A stretch of DNA of 64,000 nucleotides from the NCBI GenBank assembly GCA_964538815.1, contig CAZIHL010000002.1, forward strand, positions 570-64,569. The letters run 5' to 3'. Positions 47,043 through 57,900 of this stretch are shown piece by piece; positions within the stretch are counted from its first letter, which is position 1; every line of letters begins with the position of its first letter. Origin of the DNA: an uncultured Candidatus Saccharibacteria bacterium. Its GTDB lineage: Bacteria; Patescibacteriota; Minisyncoccia; Phycocordibacterales; UBA5272. The notes beneath the pieces were generated by a model. That model was not told the origin of the DNA. It worked only from the letters and a program-made list of their open reading frames with translations, and searched no databases. A program made the translations under genes and the position numbers.

Positions 47043-48695
47043 ATGCTTCTTACAGACTTACAAAGACTTATTTTAGAAAAAAAAGGATTTGATTTAAATG
47101 ATAATGACAAAATAGAAAAATTTTTAAATCCAAATTGGGAGAGAGATGTTTTTGATGCTAGTAAAATAAAAGATATTGATAAGGGAGTAGAGAGAATTAA
47201 AAAGGCGATAACTAATAATGAAAAAATAGTTATTTATGCTGATTATGATTGTGATGGGATACCCGGAGCAGTAGTTTTAAATGACTTTCTTGAGAAAGTG
47301 GGATATAAAAATTTCTCGATATATATACCACATCGTCACAATGAAGGATATGGCCTAAACAAGAATGCGATTCAAAGGTTTATTGATGAGAAAGTATCTC
47401 TTATGATAACTGTTGACCTAGGTATTACAAATATAGAAGAAATAAATCTCGCTAGAGAAAATGGAATAGACATTATATTAACAGATCATCACTTACCTAT
47501 AATAGACGAAAAAGGAAAACAGATAATACCTCAAGCTTTTGCTGTAATTAATACTAAGCAAGATGAATGCGAATATGAAGAAAAGTTTCTGTGTGGGGCT
47601 TCGACTGCGTGGAAATTAGTGAATGCGTTTTTAAATAAATACAGAAATGAATTTAATGTAGTAAAAGGATGGGAGAAATGGTTACTTGATATGGTTGGGA
47701 TTGCGACTATTGCAGACCTTGTGCCATTAAAAGGTGAAAATAGACTTTTTGCAAAATATGGACTTGAAGTACTCAAAAAAAGTAAAAGACCAGGGCTACA
47801 GAAAATTTTATTTTCTAGTAAAGTGAATCAGAAAAATATAACCGAAGATGATATTGCATTTTATTTAGCGCCTCGCATAAATTCAGCAAGTCGTATAGCA
47901 GAGCCAATACATGCATTTTACGCACTTCTTCAAAATGAAGACTCTGTAAAATTTGCTATGGAGCTTGAGAGATATAACACTGCTCGTAAAGAAGATACAA
48001 AAAGTGCGAATGATAGTTTAGATTATGAAAAATTTAAAAGTGAAAAAATTGTACTCGTTGGAAGCGAAGAATGGACTCCAGGAATAATAGGACTCGTCGC
48101 AAGTAAGATTGTAGAGAGAACTGGTAAAACAACTTTTGTCTGGGGAATAGGTGAAGATAAAAATATTTTAAAGGGGTCAGTGAGAGCGGGAAGTGATGGA
48201 TACAATGTTGTGCATATAATGACAGAAGCAAAAAATATTTTATCCAATTTTGGTGGACATGAGATGGCGGGAGGATTTGCGATTCATAAAAATAATTTAG
48301 AGAGTTTTATAAATTTTTTAAGAGAGTATGGAGAGAAAAATATTTTGGAAAATTTAAACATGCAAGACGAAAATATTTTAGAAGAAAATTTTATAAATTT
48401 AAAAGCTAGTGATATAAGTCGTAAACTTTTTGACGAGGTAAAAATCTTTGCACCTTTTGGAGTGGAAAATGAAAAACCAGTTTTTAGAATAATTTTGAAT
48501 GATGATGAAAAAGTTTTGAGTAAGAGATTTGGAAAAAGTGGAGAACATTTAGAAATTTTAATTGGGAAGGTTAGATGTGTAGAATTTTTTGCAAACAAAG
48601 AAAGAGAGGAAGAGATAATTTCTAAAAAAGAATTTTTGGTAAATGTGGAGTGGGATAATTTTAGGGGGGATGTGATGGTCAGATTGGTAAAATAA
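47043..48695 (+). CDS. recJ: Single-stranded-DNA-specific exonuclease RecJ (DHH/DHHA1)
   Basis: DYDCDGIPGAVVL, ILTDHHLP (DHH), and a GGHEMAGG DHHA1 motif. Confidence 0.85.
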   Translation: MLLTDLQRLILEKKGFDLNDNDKIEKFLNPNWERDVFDASKIKDIDKGVERIKKAITNNEKIVIYADYDCDGIPGAVVLNDFLEKVGYKNFSIYIPHRHNEGYGLNKNAIQRFIDEKVSLMITVDLGITNIEEINLARENGIDIILTDHHLPIIDEKGKQIIPQAFAVINTKQDECEYEEKFLCGASTAWKLVNAFLNKYRNEFNVVKGWEKWLLDMVGIATIADLVPLKGENRLFAKYGLEVLKKSKRPGLQKILFSSKVNQKNITEDDIAFYLAPRINSASRIAEPIHAFYALLQNEDSVKFAMELERYNTARKEDTKSANDSLDYEKFKSEKIVLVGSEEWTPGIIGLVASKIVERTGKTTFVWGIGEDKNILKGSVRAGSDGYNVVHIMTEAKNILSNFGGHEMAGGFAIHKNNLESFINFLREYGEKNILENLNMQDENILEENFINLKASDISRKLFDEVKIFAPFGVENEKPVFRIILNDDEKVLSKRFGKSGEHLEILIGKVRCVEFFANKEREEEIISKKEFLVNVEWDNFRGDVMVRLVK

Positions 48696-48711
48696 ATGTT
48701 AAAATATTTTT

Positions 48712-49230
48712 ATGAAAATAACTTTTTATACTGATGGAGCAAGCCGTGGAAATCCTGGAAGAGGTGGTTGGGGAGTATATACAGAAATCGAAAGTAGTAA
48801 CGGGCAAAAAAAAGAATTTAAACTTTCTGGTGGAAAATTTTCTACAACAAATAATAGAATGGAATTAACTGCAGCTATACAAGCACTACGATTTTTGAAT
48901 TCTGTAATTTTAAATAAATATTTTGTAGACAAAAAACATCTCGGTAAGGAATTTTTTGTAACTATTAAAACTGACTCTAAATATGTGAAAACTGGTATTG
49001 AGGAATGGATTATAAATTGGGAGAAAAATAATTGGAAAAGTGCAAATAAAAAGCCTGTCCTTAATAAAGATCTTTGGCAAGAGCTTTTGTCCATTAAAAA
49101 TCTTATAAACGACAAACTTGTAAAGGACAATTTTGAAGAAATCAAATGGGAATATGTTAAAGGACATTTTGGTATAACAGGAAATGAAATAGCGGATTCT
49201 TTAGCTACAAAAGCAATAGACAACATATAA
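48712..49230 (+). CDS. rnhA: Ribonuclease HI
   Basis: YTDGASRGNPGRGGWG, TNNRMELTAAIQAL, KTDSKYV, and WEYVKGHFGITGNEIAD align with E. coli RNase HI catalytic DEDD residues. Confidence 0.9.
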   Translation: MKITFYTDGASRGNPGRGGWGVYTEIESSNGQKKEFKLSGGKFSTTNNRMELTAAIQALRFLNSVILNKYFVDKKHLGKEFFVTIKTDSKYVKTGIEEWIINWEKNNWKSANKKPVLNKDLWQELLSIKNLINDKLVKDNFEEIKWEYVKGHFGITGNEIADSLATKAIDNI

Positions 49231-49289
49231 ATATAATATAGTATTGAAATATTTTATTAAAAGTGGTATATTTTTATAAATTGTAATAA

Positions 49290-49565
49290 ATGGAAGTGTA
49301 TAAAAAAATAAGAATGACACTATATGAAGGAGAAATTTCTTTAAAAAATACCTTTCTATATTTTCAAAAAGAAGATTGGGACGATCTTTTGTCAGTAATG
49401 AGTTCAGATAAAAGATTCTTAGAAAAATATTTAAAAGGAAAAAAAATAGAAGAATTAATAAATAATTCTAAAAATTATAATGATCTTGAAAAATTAGTTC
49501 AAGATTTTATAAGAGAAAGATATTTTAAAAAATTGACACTTAAAATTAATTTTATAGTTACCTAA
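49290..49565 (+). CDS. Small hypothetical protein
   Basis: 91-aa ORF with no motif. Confidence 0.3.
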   Translation: MEVYKKIRMTLYEGEISLKNTFLYFQKEDWDDLLSVMSSDKRFLEKYLKGKKIEELINNSKNYNDLEKLVQDFIRERYFKKLTLKINFIVT

Positions 49566-49671
49566 AACGGTAACTATTTTTATATACTTTTTAAAATTTT
49601 TCATTTTTTTTATTATTTATAATAATTATAAATATATTTCTATACGAAATCTAGCATGATAAAATATTCTT

Positions 49672-51213
49672 ATGAAACATTTTTATCTTATAGTTACTTA
49701 TGTAGGATTATTTTTAGGTATTTGTTTCGCCCTCGGATCAGATTTCTCTTCACAGTTATTTGTTGTTTCATCTGTTTTGAGTCTTATAAACTTTTTTATT
49801 TATAAATTTTCTAGAAGAAAAATCGGCGGCACTAAAAGTGAAACACCGATTTTTCTTTTTATCTTATTTATTTTTTTGTCTACTGGAATCTTATTTGGAC
49901 AAAATAATGTTTCAAAAAATATTTCACAAAAAAATGATTTTAATAATTTTATTTCACAAAACACATCATATAGCGGAATAATTTATAAAATTAAAAATAC
50001 TGAAAATTCACAGCAGTTATTTGTGAAACTTTATACAGAAGATCAAAATAACACTTTTAATATAAAAATCATTACTCAAAAATTTCTAAAATACAAAGTT
50101 GGGGATACTTTGTCCTTTACAGGAAAGATATCTGAAGGAAATGTCCTTTTGCCAGAAGTTGAGAATGAGCTAAATAAATCTTTTGACCTTAATCAATACG
50201 ATAACTTACAAGGAGTAAATGCTGAAGTGGTTTTCCCTAAAATTGAAGTCATGGGAAATGAAAAAAATATTTTTTCAAAATTTAAAAATCTTAAAAATAA
50301 ATTTGTAATAGCTTTGGATGAATTTGCACCTCGAAGTGTGGCTGCACTTTCTGCGGGTACAACTCTCGGGGACGCATCACTTTTTTCTAAAATCGATATT
50401 GATAATTTTCGCGGTAGCGGACTTTCTCATATTATAGTTTTGTCTGGGTTCAACATCACTGTGCTGGCCATATTTTTTGGAATGATATTTTTGCGTCTTC
50501 GCATAAGACTTTATTTTAGAGTTTTGCTTACAATTTTGTCTATCATTCTTTTTATAATTTTTGTGGGAGCGGAACCATCAATACTAAGAGCTGGTATCAT
50601 GGGTAGTATGCTGCTAATCGCTACGACTTTTGGGCGGCAATATGTTGCTAAACAATTTTTATTTTTAGCAGCAATCATTATGATTATAATAAATCCAAAA
50701 ATTGCACTTTATGATATTTCTTTTCATCTCTCATTTTTAGCAACAGCCGCAATTTTGTATATAGCACCAATCTTAGAAAATTATAAATTTTTCCAAAAAG
50801 AAAATAAAAATAGATTTACAAAAAATATTTTTGAAATTTTGAGAATAACTTTGGCTGTACAAATTTTAGTGACACCATACATTATGTTCACTTTTGGGAA
50901 AGTTTCGCTTTTTGGAATTTTTGCAAATATTTTAGTCGTGCCATTTGTGCCGATTGTGATGTTACTCGGAGTATTCATAATTTTATTTTCATTTTTATTT
51001 TCACCTCTTGCAATTTTCTTTTCTTATATCTCTTTAATTTTTACTAAATATATTTTTTGGGTAGCAGAACAATTTTCTAAAATTTATATTTCAAATGTTG
51101 AATCTCACATTTCACTTCTTTCTATGATTTTGATTTATATAATAATTTTATTTTTAATTTATTTTGAAAAGAAAAGAATTAGAATTAAAAAATATTTAGC
51201 CAAAGAAAATTAG
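49672..51213 (+). CDS. comEC: ComEC/Rec2 DNA-uptake channel protein (DUF4131 plus competence domain), lacking a fused MBL domain
   Basis: LSAGTTLGDASLFSKIDIDNFRGSGLSHIIVLSGFNITVLA and AGIMGSMLLIATTFGRQY match ComEC competence-domain motifs. Polytopic. Confidence 0.8.
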   Translation: MKHFYLIVTYVGLFLGICFALGSDFSSQLFVVSSVLSLINFFIYKFSRRKIGGTKSETPIFLFILFIFLSTGILFGQNNVSKNISQKNDFNNFISQNTSYSGIIYKIKNTENSQQLFVKLYTEDQNNTFNIKIITQKFLKYKVGDTLSFTGKISEGNVLLPEVENELNKSFDLNQYDNLQGVNAEVVFPKIEVMGNEKNIFSKFKNLKNKFVIALDEFAPRSVAALSAGTTLGDASLFSKIDIDNFRGSGLSHIIVLSGFNITVLAIFFGMIFLRLRIRLYFRVLLTILSIILFIIFVGAEPSILRAGIMGSMLLIATTFGRQYVAKQFLFLAAIIMIIINPKIALYDISFHLSFLATAAILYIAPILENYKFFQKENKNRFTKNIFEILRITLAVQILVTPYIMFTFGKVSLFGIFANILVVPFVPIVMLLGVFIILFSFLFSPLAIFFSYISLIFTKYIFWVAEQFSKIYISNVESHISLLSMILIYIIILFLIYFEKKRIRIKKYLAKEN

Positions 51214-51215
51214 AT

Positions 51216-52193
51216 ATGAAAGAAAATCTTTTAAAAATAAAAAATAGAATATTTCTCTTTTTTAAAAATTATGGAAGGATTTTATTTTTAATATTAGCTG
51301 TAATTTTATTTTTCTCTACAATTTATTTTTATCAAAATTTTGCATCTCTGAAAAAGTTAATTGTCCGATTTTTAGACATCGGACAAGGTGATAGTATTTT
51401 GATAGAAATGCCAAGCCGAGAAAATATTTTAATAGATGCTGGACCAAGTGATGCTGTAATTAATAAACTTGAAAAGTATTTATCTGTCTTTAATAAAAAA
51501 ATAGATTTAGTTATTTTTACTCATTCAGACGCAGATCATATAACTGGCTTTTATTATATTTTGCAAAAATATAATGTTGCAAAAATTATACAAAATGGTG
51601 ACAACAATAAAGAAAGTGAGGTATATAAAGAAGTAGGAAATAAAATAGAAAAGGAAGTAGAGAAAATTAGCGCAGAAAAAATTACTGCAAATTGTGGCGA
51701 TAAAATAACTTTTGAAGGAAGTATTGAAAATAATCCTACTATTTATATTCTTCACCCAATAAAAAATGAATTAGTTATAAATGATAGCAATGATAATTCT
51801 ATAGTAGCATTACTAATATATGGAAATTACAGTTTTCTTTTCATGGGAGATGCCAGTAAAGATGTAGAGCGAAAATTATTTTTTGATATAGAAAGATGTT
51901 TCAGGGAAAAAGATAAAAACATTATTGAAAGTGCTTTAAAAAAAATAACAGTATTAAAAGCTTCACATCACGGCTCAAATACGGGAAGTGGTGAAGAATT
52001 TTTAAAGAAAATAAAGCCAGAATATAGTGTTGTAAGTGCCGGCAAAGATAATAGATACGGACATCCTGCAAAAGAAACGATAGAAATATTAAATAAATAT
52101 AGTAAAAATATTTTATCTACTATAGATAATGGAGACATTTCTTTTTTAACCAACGGAAAAGATTTTGAAGTAAAATTAGAAAAAGTAAAATAA
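51216..52193 (+). CDS. ComEC-associated metallo-beta-lactamase-fold nuclease domain protein (separate ORF)
   Basis: N-terminal TM; RFLDIGQGDSILIE, IFTHSDADHITG (HxHxDH), and KASHHGSNTGSGEEFL...GHP. Begins 2 nt after the comEC stop, in a different frame. Confidence 0.75.
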   Translation: MKENLLKIKNRIFLFFKNYGRILFLILAVILFFSTIYFYQNFASLKKLIVRFLDIGQGDSILIEMPSRENILIDAGPSDAVINKLEKYLSVFNKKIDLVIFTHSDADHITGFYYILQKYNVAKIIQNGDNNKESEVYKEVGNKIEKEVEKISAEKITANCGDKITFEGSIENNPTIYILHPIKNELVINDSNDNSIVALLIYGNYSFLFMGDASKDVERKLFFDIERCFREKDKNIIESALKKITVLKASHHGSNTGSGEEFLKKIKPEYSVVSAGKDNRYGHPAKETIEILNKYSKNILSTIDNGDISFLTNGKDFEVKLEKVK

Positions 52194-52257
52194 TTTGGAA
52201 ATAGAAATAAGATGTGATATCTTTTAAGAATTAATTTGTTCTTTTAACCATTTAAAT

Positions 52258-52590
52258 TTGATAAAAATGACCAGCTTGCTTACATTTGTGTCTGATATAG
52301 AAGATATAAGAATCATATCATTTAATGAAGATTTGAGTGTGGAAACTCAAAATGCTTTCAGAGATGCTCTTTTGACGCATAATTTATGTCTATATTTTGA
52401 TATAGAAAATGTTTTGAGGTCTAAAAATACTTTTGAAAATATAAAAAATAGAGCCTTTTCCTTATTAATAGAGGAAAAAGATATTAAAAAAGTAAAAAAG
52501 ACTTTAGAATATATTATTAAAAAATCAGAGCAGAATCATTCCTTATTTAAAAGATGTGAAAAGTATTTAGCTTTATTTCAAAGTTCTTAA
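52258..52590 (+). CDS. Hypothetical protein
   Basis: 110-aa ORF followed by a terminator. Confidence 0.35.
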   Translation: MIKMTSLLTFVSDIEDIRIISFNEDLSVETQNAFRDALLTHNLCLYFDIENVLRSKNTFENIKNRAFSLLIEEKDIKKVKKTLEYIIKKSEQNHSLFKRCEKYLALFQSS

Positions 52591-52591
52591 T

Positions 52592-52625
52592 AAAATCCCA
52601 GAGTTTATAGCTCTGGGATTTTTTA
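52592..52625. terminator. Bidirectional terminator hairpin
   Basis: aaaatcccagagtttatagctctgggatttttt. Confidence 0.6.
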
Positions 52626-52826
52626 CGCTTTCACCTCAAGATGTACTCCTCTTTTTATACAACTAGTACAAATCTTTATTCTTGGACCATTTGGTATTCT
52701 TGCCCACTGTAGATTAGGGTATTTTCTTCTTTTTCCTGCTGGATTAAACTTTGTAGCACGAACAGAGTTGGAGTATTTACCAACAACTTTAGTTCCTTTC
52801 AAGCATGATAGGCAGATATTTGACAT
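52623..52826 (-). CDS. rpmB: 50S ribosomal protein L28 (zinc-ribbon form)
   Basis: CLSCLKGT...NSVRATKFNPAGKRRKYPNLQWARI...CTSCIK: the PNLQ motif and a Cys4 ribbon. Confidence 0.7.
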   Translation of the reverse strand: MSNICLSCLKGTKVVGKYSNSVRATKFNPAGKRRKYPNLQWARIPNGPRIKICTSCIKRGVHLEVKA

Positions 52827-52927
52827 AAGTTTGTTTTCTTAAAATATTTATTAATATTATCATAAAATCTATTTTTTCACAAGTTTTCTTTAAGTTCAGC
52901 TTTTATTTTAAAGGTCTATTTGATATA

Positions 52928-53653
52928 ATGGGTTTAATTTATATGTTTTCCCCTATTTTATTTATTTTTTTTATAATAATTTTATTTTATTCTATTATAT
53001 TTCATGAAATTGCTCATGGATATGCTGCATATAGAAATGGAGATAATACTGCTTTAAATGCTGGAAGATTAACTTTAAATCCAGTTTCACATATTGATTT
53101 TATTGGATCTATTATAGTACCCATATTCTCATATTTTATTTTTAATTATCCATTTGGTTGGGCAAAACCTGTACCATATAATCCAAATAATATAAAACAT
53201 AAAAAATATGCTGAATTAGAAGTGTCTTCTGCTGGTATAATGGTTAATTTTTTTATAGCATTTTTAGCGGTGATTTTATTTTATATTTTCAGATATTTTG
53301 GTATTTTAAATACAAATATTACTTATATATTTCAATTAATTACCTCTATAAATTTATTTTTAGCACTATTTAATCTTTTACCATTTCCTCCAGCCGATGG
53401 TTTTTCTATATTTACTGAATTATTTTCACATTTAAAAAGTTTTATTCTTAAAATTAAGTTTTTTTTTGAATCTAAAAAAGAATATAAGATAGCTTATATT
53501 GAAGAAAATAAATCAAGAAACAATATGTTTCGTATAAAATCTTTGTTTTCTAGTCCCATTATGATGATAATCATTATATTTTTAGCGGTAAATGTATTTC
53601 AAATGATAGCTCCTTACATATTGTCTTTTATAAATTATATATATTCTTTTTAG
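52928..53653 (+). CDS. Site-2 protease family (peptidase M50) membrane metalloprotease
   Basis: HEIAHGYAAYRNGDNTALNAGRLTLNPVSHIDFIGS matches HExxH...NPxxHID in YwhC-like S2P homologs. Polytopic. Confidence 0.75.
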   Translation: MGLIYMFSPILFIFFIIILFYSIIFHEIAHGYAAYRNGDNTALNAGRLTLNPVSHIDFIGSIIVPIFSYFIFNYPFGWAKPVPYNPNNIKHKKYAELEVSSAGIMVNFFIAFLAVILFYIFRYFGILNTNITYIFQLITSINLFLALFNLLPFPPADGFSIFTELFSHLKSFILKIKFFFESKKEYKIAYIEENKSRNNMFRIKSLFSSPIMMIIIIFLAVNVFQMIAPYILSFINYIYSF

Positions 53654-53670
53654 ATATATTTTATATTATA

Positions 53671-53790
53671 TAAGACAAAGTTATCCACAATAACTTTTAT
53701 ATAAAATATTGTCCTTTATAAAATGTCGTTTATAATATAAATATATAAGACATTGGGTCAGCATTTTGCTGGTCTTTTTGTTTTATAACT
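53671..53790 (+). repeat. ~115-bp dispersed repeat copy A with perfect DnaA box (TTATCCACA) and TTATAAAGGACA module, immediately upstream of a PG-binding protein gene
   Basis: tataagacaaagttatccacaataacttttatataaaatattgtcctttataaaatgtcgtttataatataaatatataagacattgggtcagcattttgctggtc. About 97% identical to 54397-54512. Confidence 0.85.
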
Positions 53791-54342
53791 ATGTATAAAA
53801 ATATGATTTTTTTTAAAAAAATATTAATATCAATATTAACTATTTTAATATATTTTGTTGGAATAAGATATTCTTTTGGACAAACTGGTTATTCTATAGA
53901 TTCTTTTGCTCCAATACAAATGGATATACCTTGTATAGATGCTAAATATGATCTTAAGTTAGGTTCAAGAGATTATGCGCTATTTGGAAATGTTATGAAA
54001 TTACAATTATTTTTATACCAAAATGAAATGATGTATTATCCGCCAACTGGATATTTTGGACCAATAACACAAAATGCGTTGATAAAGTATCAAATAGCAA
54101 GAAAATTAAATACTACAGGAATATTTGATATAAATACAAGAAATATCTTAGCCCAGGAAACTTGTGGAGTTGGTAATTTTAATTTAAATGATTATTCAAT
54201 TCAAACTAATACCAATACTGGTAATGTTATAAATATTGATAATATATTTAATTCAAATACTAATAGTCAAAGCAATAATCAGGTCCAAAATTCAAATAAT
54301 TCTAATATGCAAAACGTATCAAGTGATATATTTTCAAATTAA
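53791..54342 (+). CDS. Secreted peptidoglycan-binding-domain protein with Asn/Gln-rich C-terminus
   Basis: Signal/TM; PG_binding_1-like repeat NVMKLQLFLYQNEMMYYPPTGYFGPITQNALIKYQIARKLNTTGIFD. Confidence 0.6.
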   Translation: MYKNMIFFKKILISILTILIYFVGIRYSFGQTGYSIDSFAPIQMDIPCIDAKYDLKLGSRDYALFGNVMKLQLFLYQNEMMYYPPTGYFGPITQNALIKYQIARKLNTTGIFDINTRNILAQETCGVGNFNLNDYSIQTNTNTGNVINIDNIFNSNTNSQSNNQVQNSNNSNMQNVSSDIFSN

Positions 54343-54396
54343 TTTATATTATTTTAGATAAAAGACACTCTATAATATAGAGTGTCTTTTATCGTA

Positions 54397-54512
54397 TAAG
54401 ACAAAGTTATCCACAATAACTTTTATATAAAGTATTGTCCTTTATAAAATGTCGTTTATAATATAAGTATATAAGACATTGGGTCAGCATTTTGCTGATC
54501 TTTTGTGTTTAT
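54397..54512 (+). repeat. ~115-bp dispersed repeat copy B (DnaA box plus TTATAAAGGACA module), immediately upstream of the next gene
   Basis: Near-identical to 53671-53790, with 3-4 mismatches. Confidence 0.85.
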
Positions 54513-54951
54513 ATGCTGTTTTAAGTATACATTTATTATGAATAATAAAAAGATAAAAATTTTTTTAGAAGAAAACAGGTTACCTTTATCTGGAAATCTT
54601 TATATAAAAAATAAAAGAAGAATAAATTTAAATAGATTTTTTAAATTTAGTCTTTTAACAATATCTTTTATATTTATAGTATTTATATCTATATATGCTT
54701 TTTTTTTAAAAAACAAAACAAATGCAGAATCTATAAATCAAACAACTATTTTAAATCAACTTTCAAAAAATATAATTTTGCCAAAAGAAGAAATTATAAA
54801 CATTATGAGAATATCTAATGCAAAAGAACTTTCTTCACAAGATAAATTTTATGAAAATATTGAAAATGGTGATTATATTTTAATTTTTAAAAATATGTCT
54901 ATGATTTATGATTTTGATAAAAACCTTATTAAAAATATAAAAACTTATTAA
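54505..54951 (+). CDS. Hypothetical single-TM protein
   Basis: TM FKFSLLTISFIFIVFISIYAFF. Confidence 0.4.
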   Translation: MFICCFKYTFIMNNKKIKIFLEENRLPLSGNLYIKNKRRINLNRFFKFSLLTISFIFIVFISIYAFFLKNKTNAESINQTTILNQLSKNIILPKEEIINIMRISNAKELSSQDKFYENIENGDYILIFKNMSMIYDFDKNLIKNIKTY

Positions 54952-54964
54952 TTTATCAAAAAAT

Positions 54965-57900
54965 ATGAAAAAAATATTATTCATACTAACAATCATTCTT
55001 TCTTTCTCTTTCATATCAGTAAATGCTCAATCTTGCTATAAATACACATCTCCAATGAGTGTTGGAAGTAAAGACTCTACTACAAATGGAGAAGTTTCAA
55101 AATTGCAAGCATATCTATATGACCTCGGTTATTTAAATGTAAAACCAACAGGATATTTTGGCGAATTAACAAAAGCTGCCGTTATAAAATATCAGCAAAG
55201 TAGAGGTATAGATCCAGTAGGGTCAGCAGGACCTATTACAAGATTATCTTTGTCAAATGAATGTAATACAGCAAATAATAATAATAATAATAATAATAAT
55301 TATTATGCTGGAAATTATAATTTAAGTAACAATAAAGATGTTTTAAATAATGCAAGTAATCAAACCGGCACACAATCTCAAGTGCAAGTTACTTTTTATT
55401 CATTAGATGAAAATGTAACTTTAAAAGTTCCACTAGGATCAATTTTAAATCTACCAAGCTTACCTACTAGAAGTAAATTCTCTTCATATGTATTCGTTGG
55501 TTGGTATGTTGATCAATCATATACTACAGCATATAGCAATCAACCAATTGTTAATAATACAAATCTTTATGCAAAATGGGTAAAGAATTGTTCTACAAAT
55601 GGAGTCGTGTATCCAAATGATTGTGATAGTACAAATATTGCAAGCAGTACAGCAAATAAGACAGAAGTGGTTTCTACAAAAGTATGTATTATAAACGGTA
55701 TTTCTATAACAGTAGCTTCTAATATTAATTGCGATACTTTAAAAACAAATGCAAATAATATGGCGACTTCAACAGCAACTTCAACAGCAAATAAAGATAA
55801 TTCAAATAATAGTGGCGGAATTTATAAATATCCAAATAGTAATGTTACAGGAGTGATTAAGTATTGTATAATATATAGAAATATTAATAAATACGCACCA
55901 GTTGGTAATGCTAAAGGACAGACTTATGCGTATAAACTACCACAAGTAATAGCTTATGTAGATTTAGGAGGTATGGATTGTGCAGAAGGAGTGTCTTTTA
56001 ATTATATTGATAAAGCTTTTGTAAAAGTAGAGCCATACACACAATCAAAAGTATATAAATGTTCAATAAATAATAATAATATTCTGCCTTATTACACTAG
56101 CATAGAAACTGGATGTCGCGAAATTCTAGATGATATTGCTGGAGTCCCAAACTGGAAAGCTACTGAAAAAATTGTAGATGTTTCAGAGACCACTTCTTTT
56201 TTTAATGAAGATAAAGAAAACAACATCCCTTCAGCTGGGCTACCCCCAGTTTGGTATAATGACGAAAATCATTATAAAGATGTACTTAATTGGCCTGGAG
56301 TTAAAAAATGTACTGCTGGTATATGGACTATCAAATGGCCAAGTAATTTAGATTGTCCGATAGGTTATGATGTGCGTAATAATTTACCAGGAGGCGCGAC
56401 AAATGAAAATAACGGCATGTCACATATATATTCAGATATGAATGAAAAATCTACAGAGAAAAAACTTCTTGATGATGGTATTGTGAATATTGTAAAAAAT
56501 GGAGAATATCCTTTCACTTATCATGGAGTTGCCTTAGAGACTGAAATGGTTAAATACACTGCAAGATATTGTATATGGGGTAATATATTGTATTATGCTA
56601 AAATTGATAGAGAATATTCATCAAAATGTCCTAAACCTGACTCAACAAATAATTGGACTATAAATTTCCAAAAAGATTTATTCCCTAAATATTATGGAAA
56701 ACTTTATAATGGAGATTCTATAGATTATTGGCGTAATCCTATTAAAATTGAGAAAGCTAATCCAATACCATTAGAAGATAAATATTTACCTATAGAAATA
56801 TTCTATAACACTACTACAGAATTAAATTTTTCAAAGTACTCTTTAGATGGATATTATTTTGACGGTGTATATAGTGATTTTACTTACAAAAACTTAGTAT
56901 CAGATACAAAAATAGTAGCACCTGATGGAGTTAATAATTTGATAAATTATGTCAAATGGTCTAAAGTTTGTCCTAATGGTAAAAAAATAATCTGGCCAAA
57001 TACATGTAATTATGTTGAGAAGAATAGTCATTATGGTATTTATGCAGTAAATGACAGCAATATAAATGGAAGTATGATACCGCTTATGATGTGGAACATA
57101 CAAAATCCTATATCAGATAATTGGCTTAAACAAGCAAACAGAATCCCTCATGAGTTTGCTGGAGCATTTTCAGATAAAGAATATAAAAACAAAATAGCTT
57201 TATCAGGGGCCACTTACTTAACATCAGATATGTATCTTAAATGGACTTTAAATTGTTCTGACGGAAGTACAGTTGTATATCCTGATTATTGTCCTGCTAA
57301 TACTAAAATAGCCACATCAACATATACTATTAATTTTAATTACAGATCTAAAGGAGAAAATAGAAAAGTATTAATACCTACTAATGCACCTTTGACTTTG
57401 TCTATAGATATGCCAAAAGATGAATTTGTAAGTCATAAAACAAGAGCTTGGCTTGTAAATTTAGATAAACAGAAGAAATTTATAGGAGATAAAAGTCCAA
57501 AAGGATATGTTATTGATAAATGGTCTTATGAAAGTGTTTCTATGACCACAGATGGTTTCAATCCAAAAATAACTAAAATAGATGTTAAGATTTCAGAGAA
57601 TTATGAACCTGGGAAATATGTAATAATGTTCTGTACTCCTGAGCAGCCAGTAGCTTGTCTTGATTATAACGAAAAAGATGGTGTGTCAGATGTTTTTGAA
57701 TTAGTAACTTCATTATCTGGAGTAGGATCAGGGCAACAAGGATCAGTACTCGGAGTATCCACATATCAATTTTCTGATGAATTAAAGAAAGGAGATAAAG
57801 GAGAAGAAGTGTTAAAATTGCAAAAAATATTAATTTCTTTTGGTGAAAATATTGAAGCAACAGGGTATTTTGGAAAAAAAACAAAAGAGGCACTTAAAAG

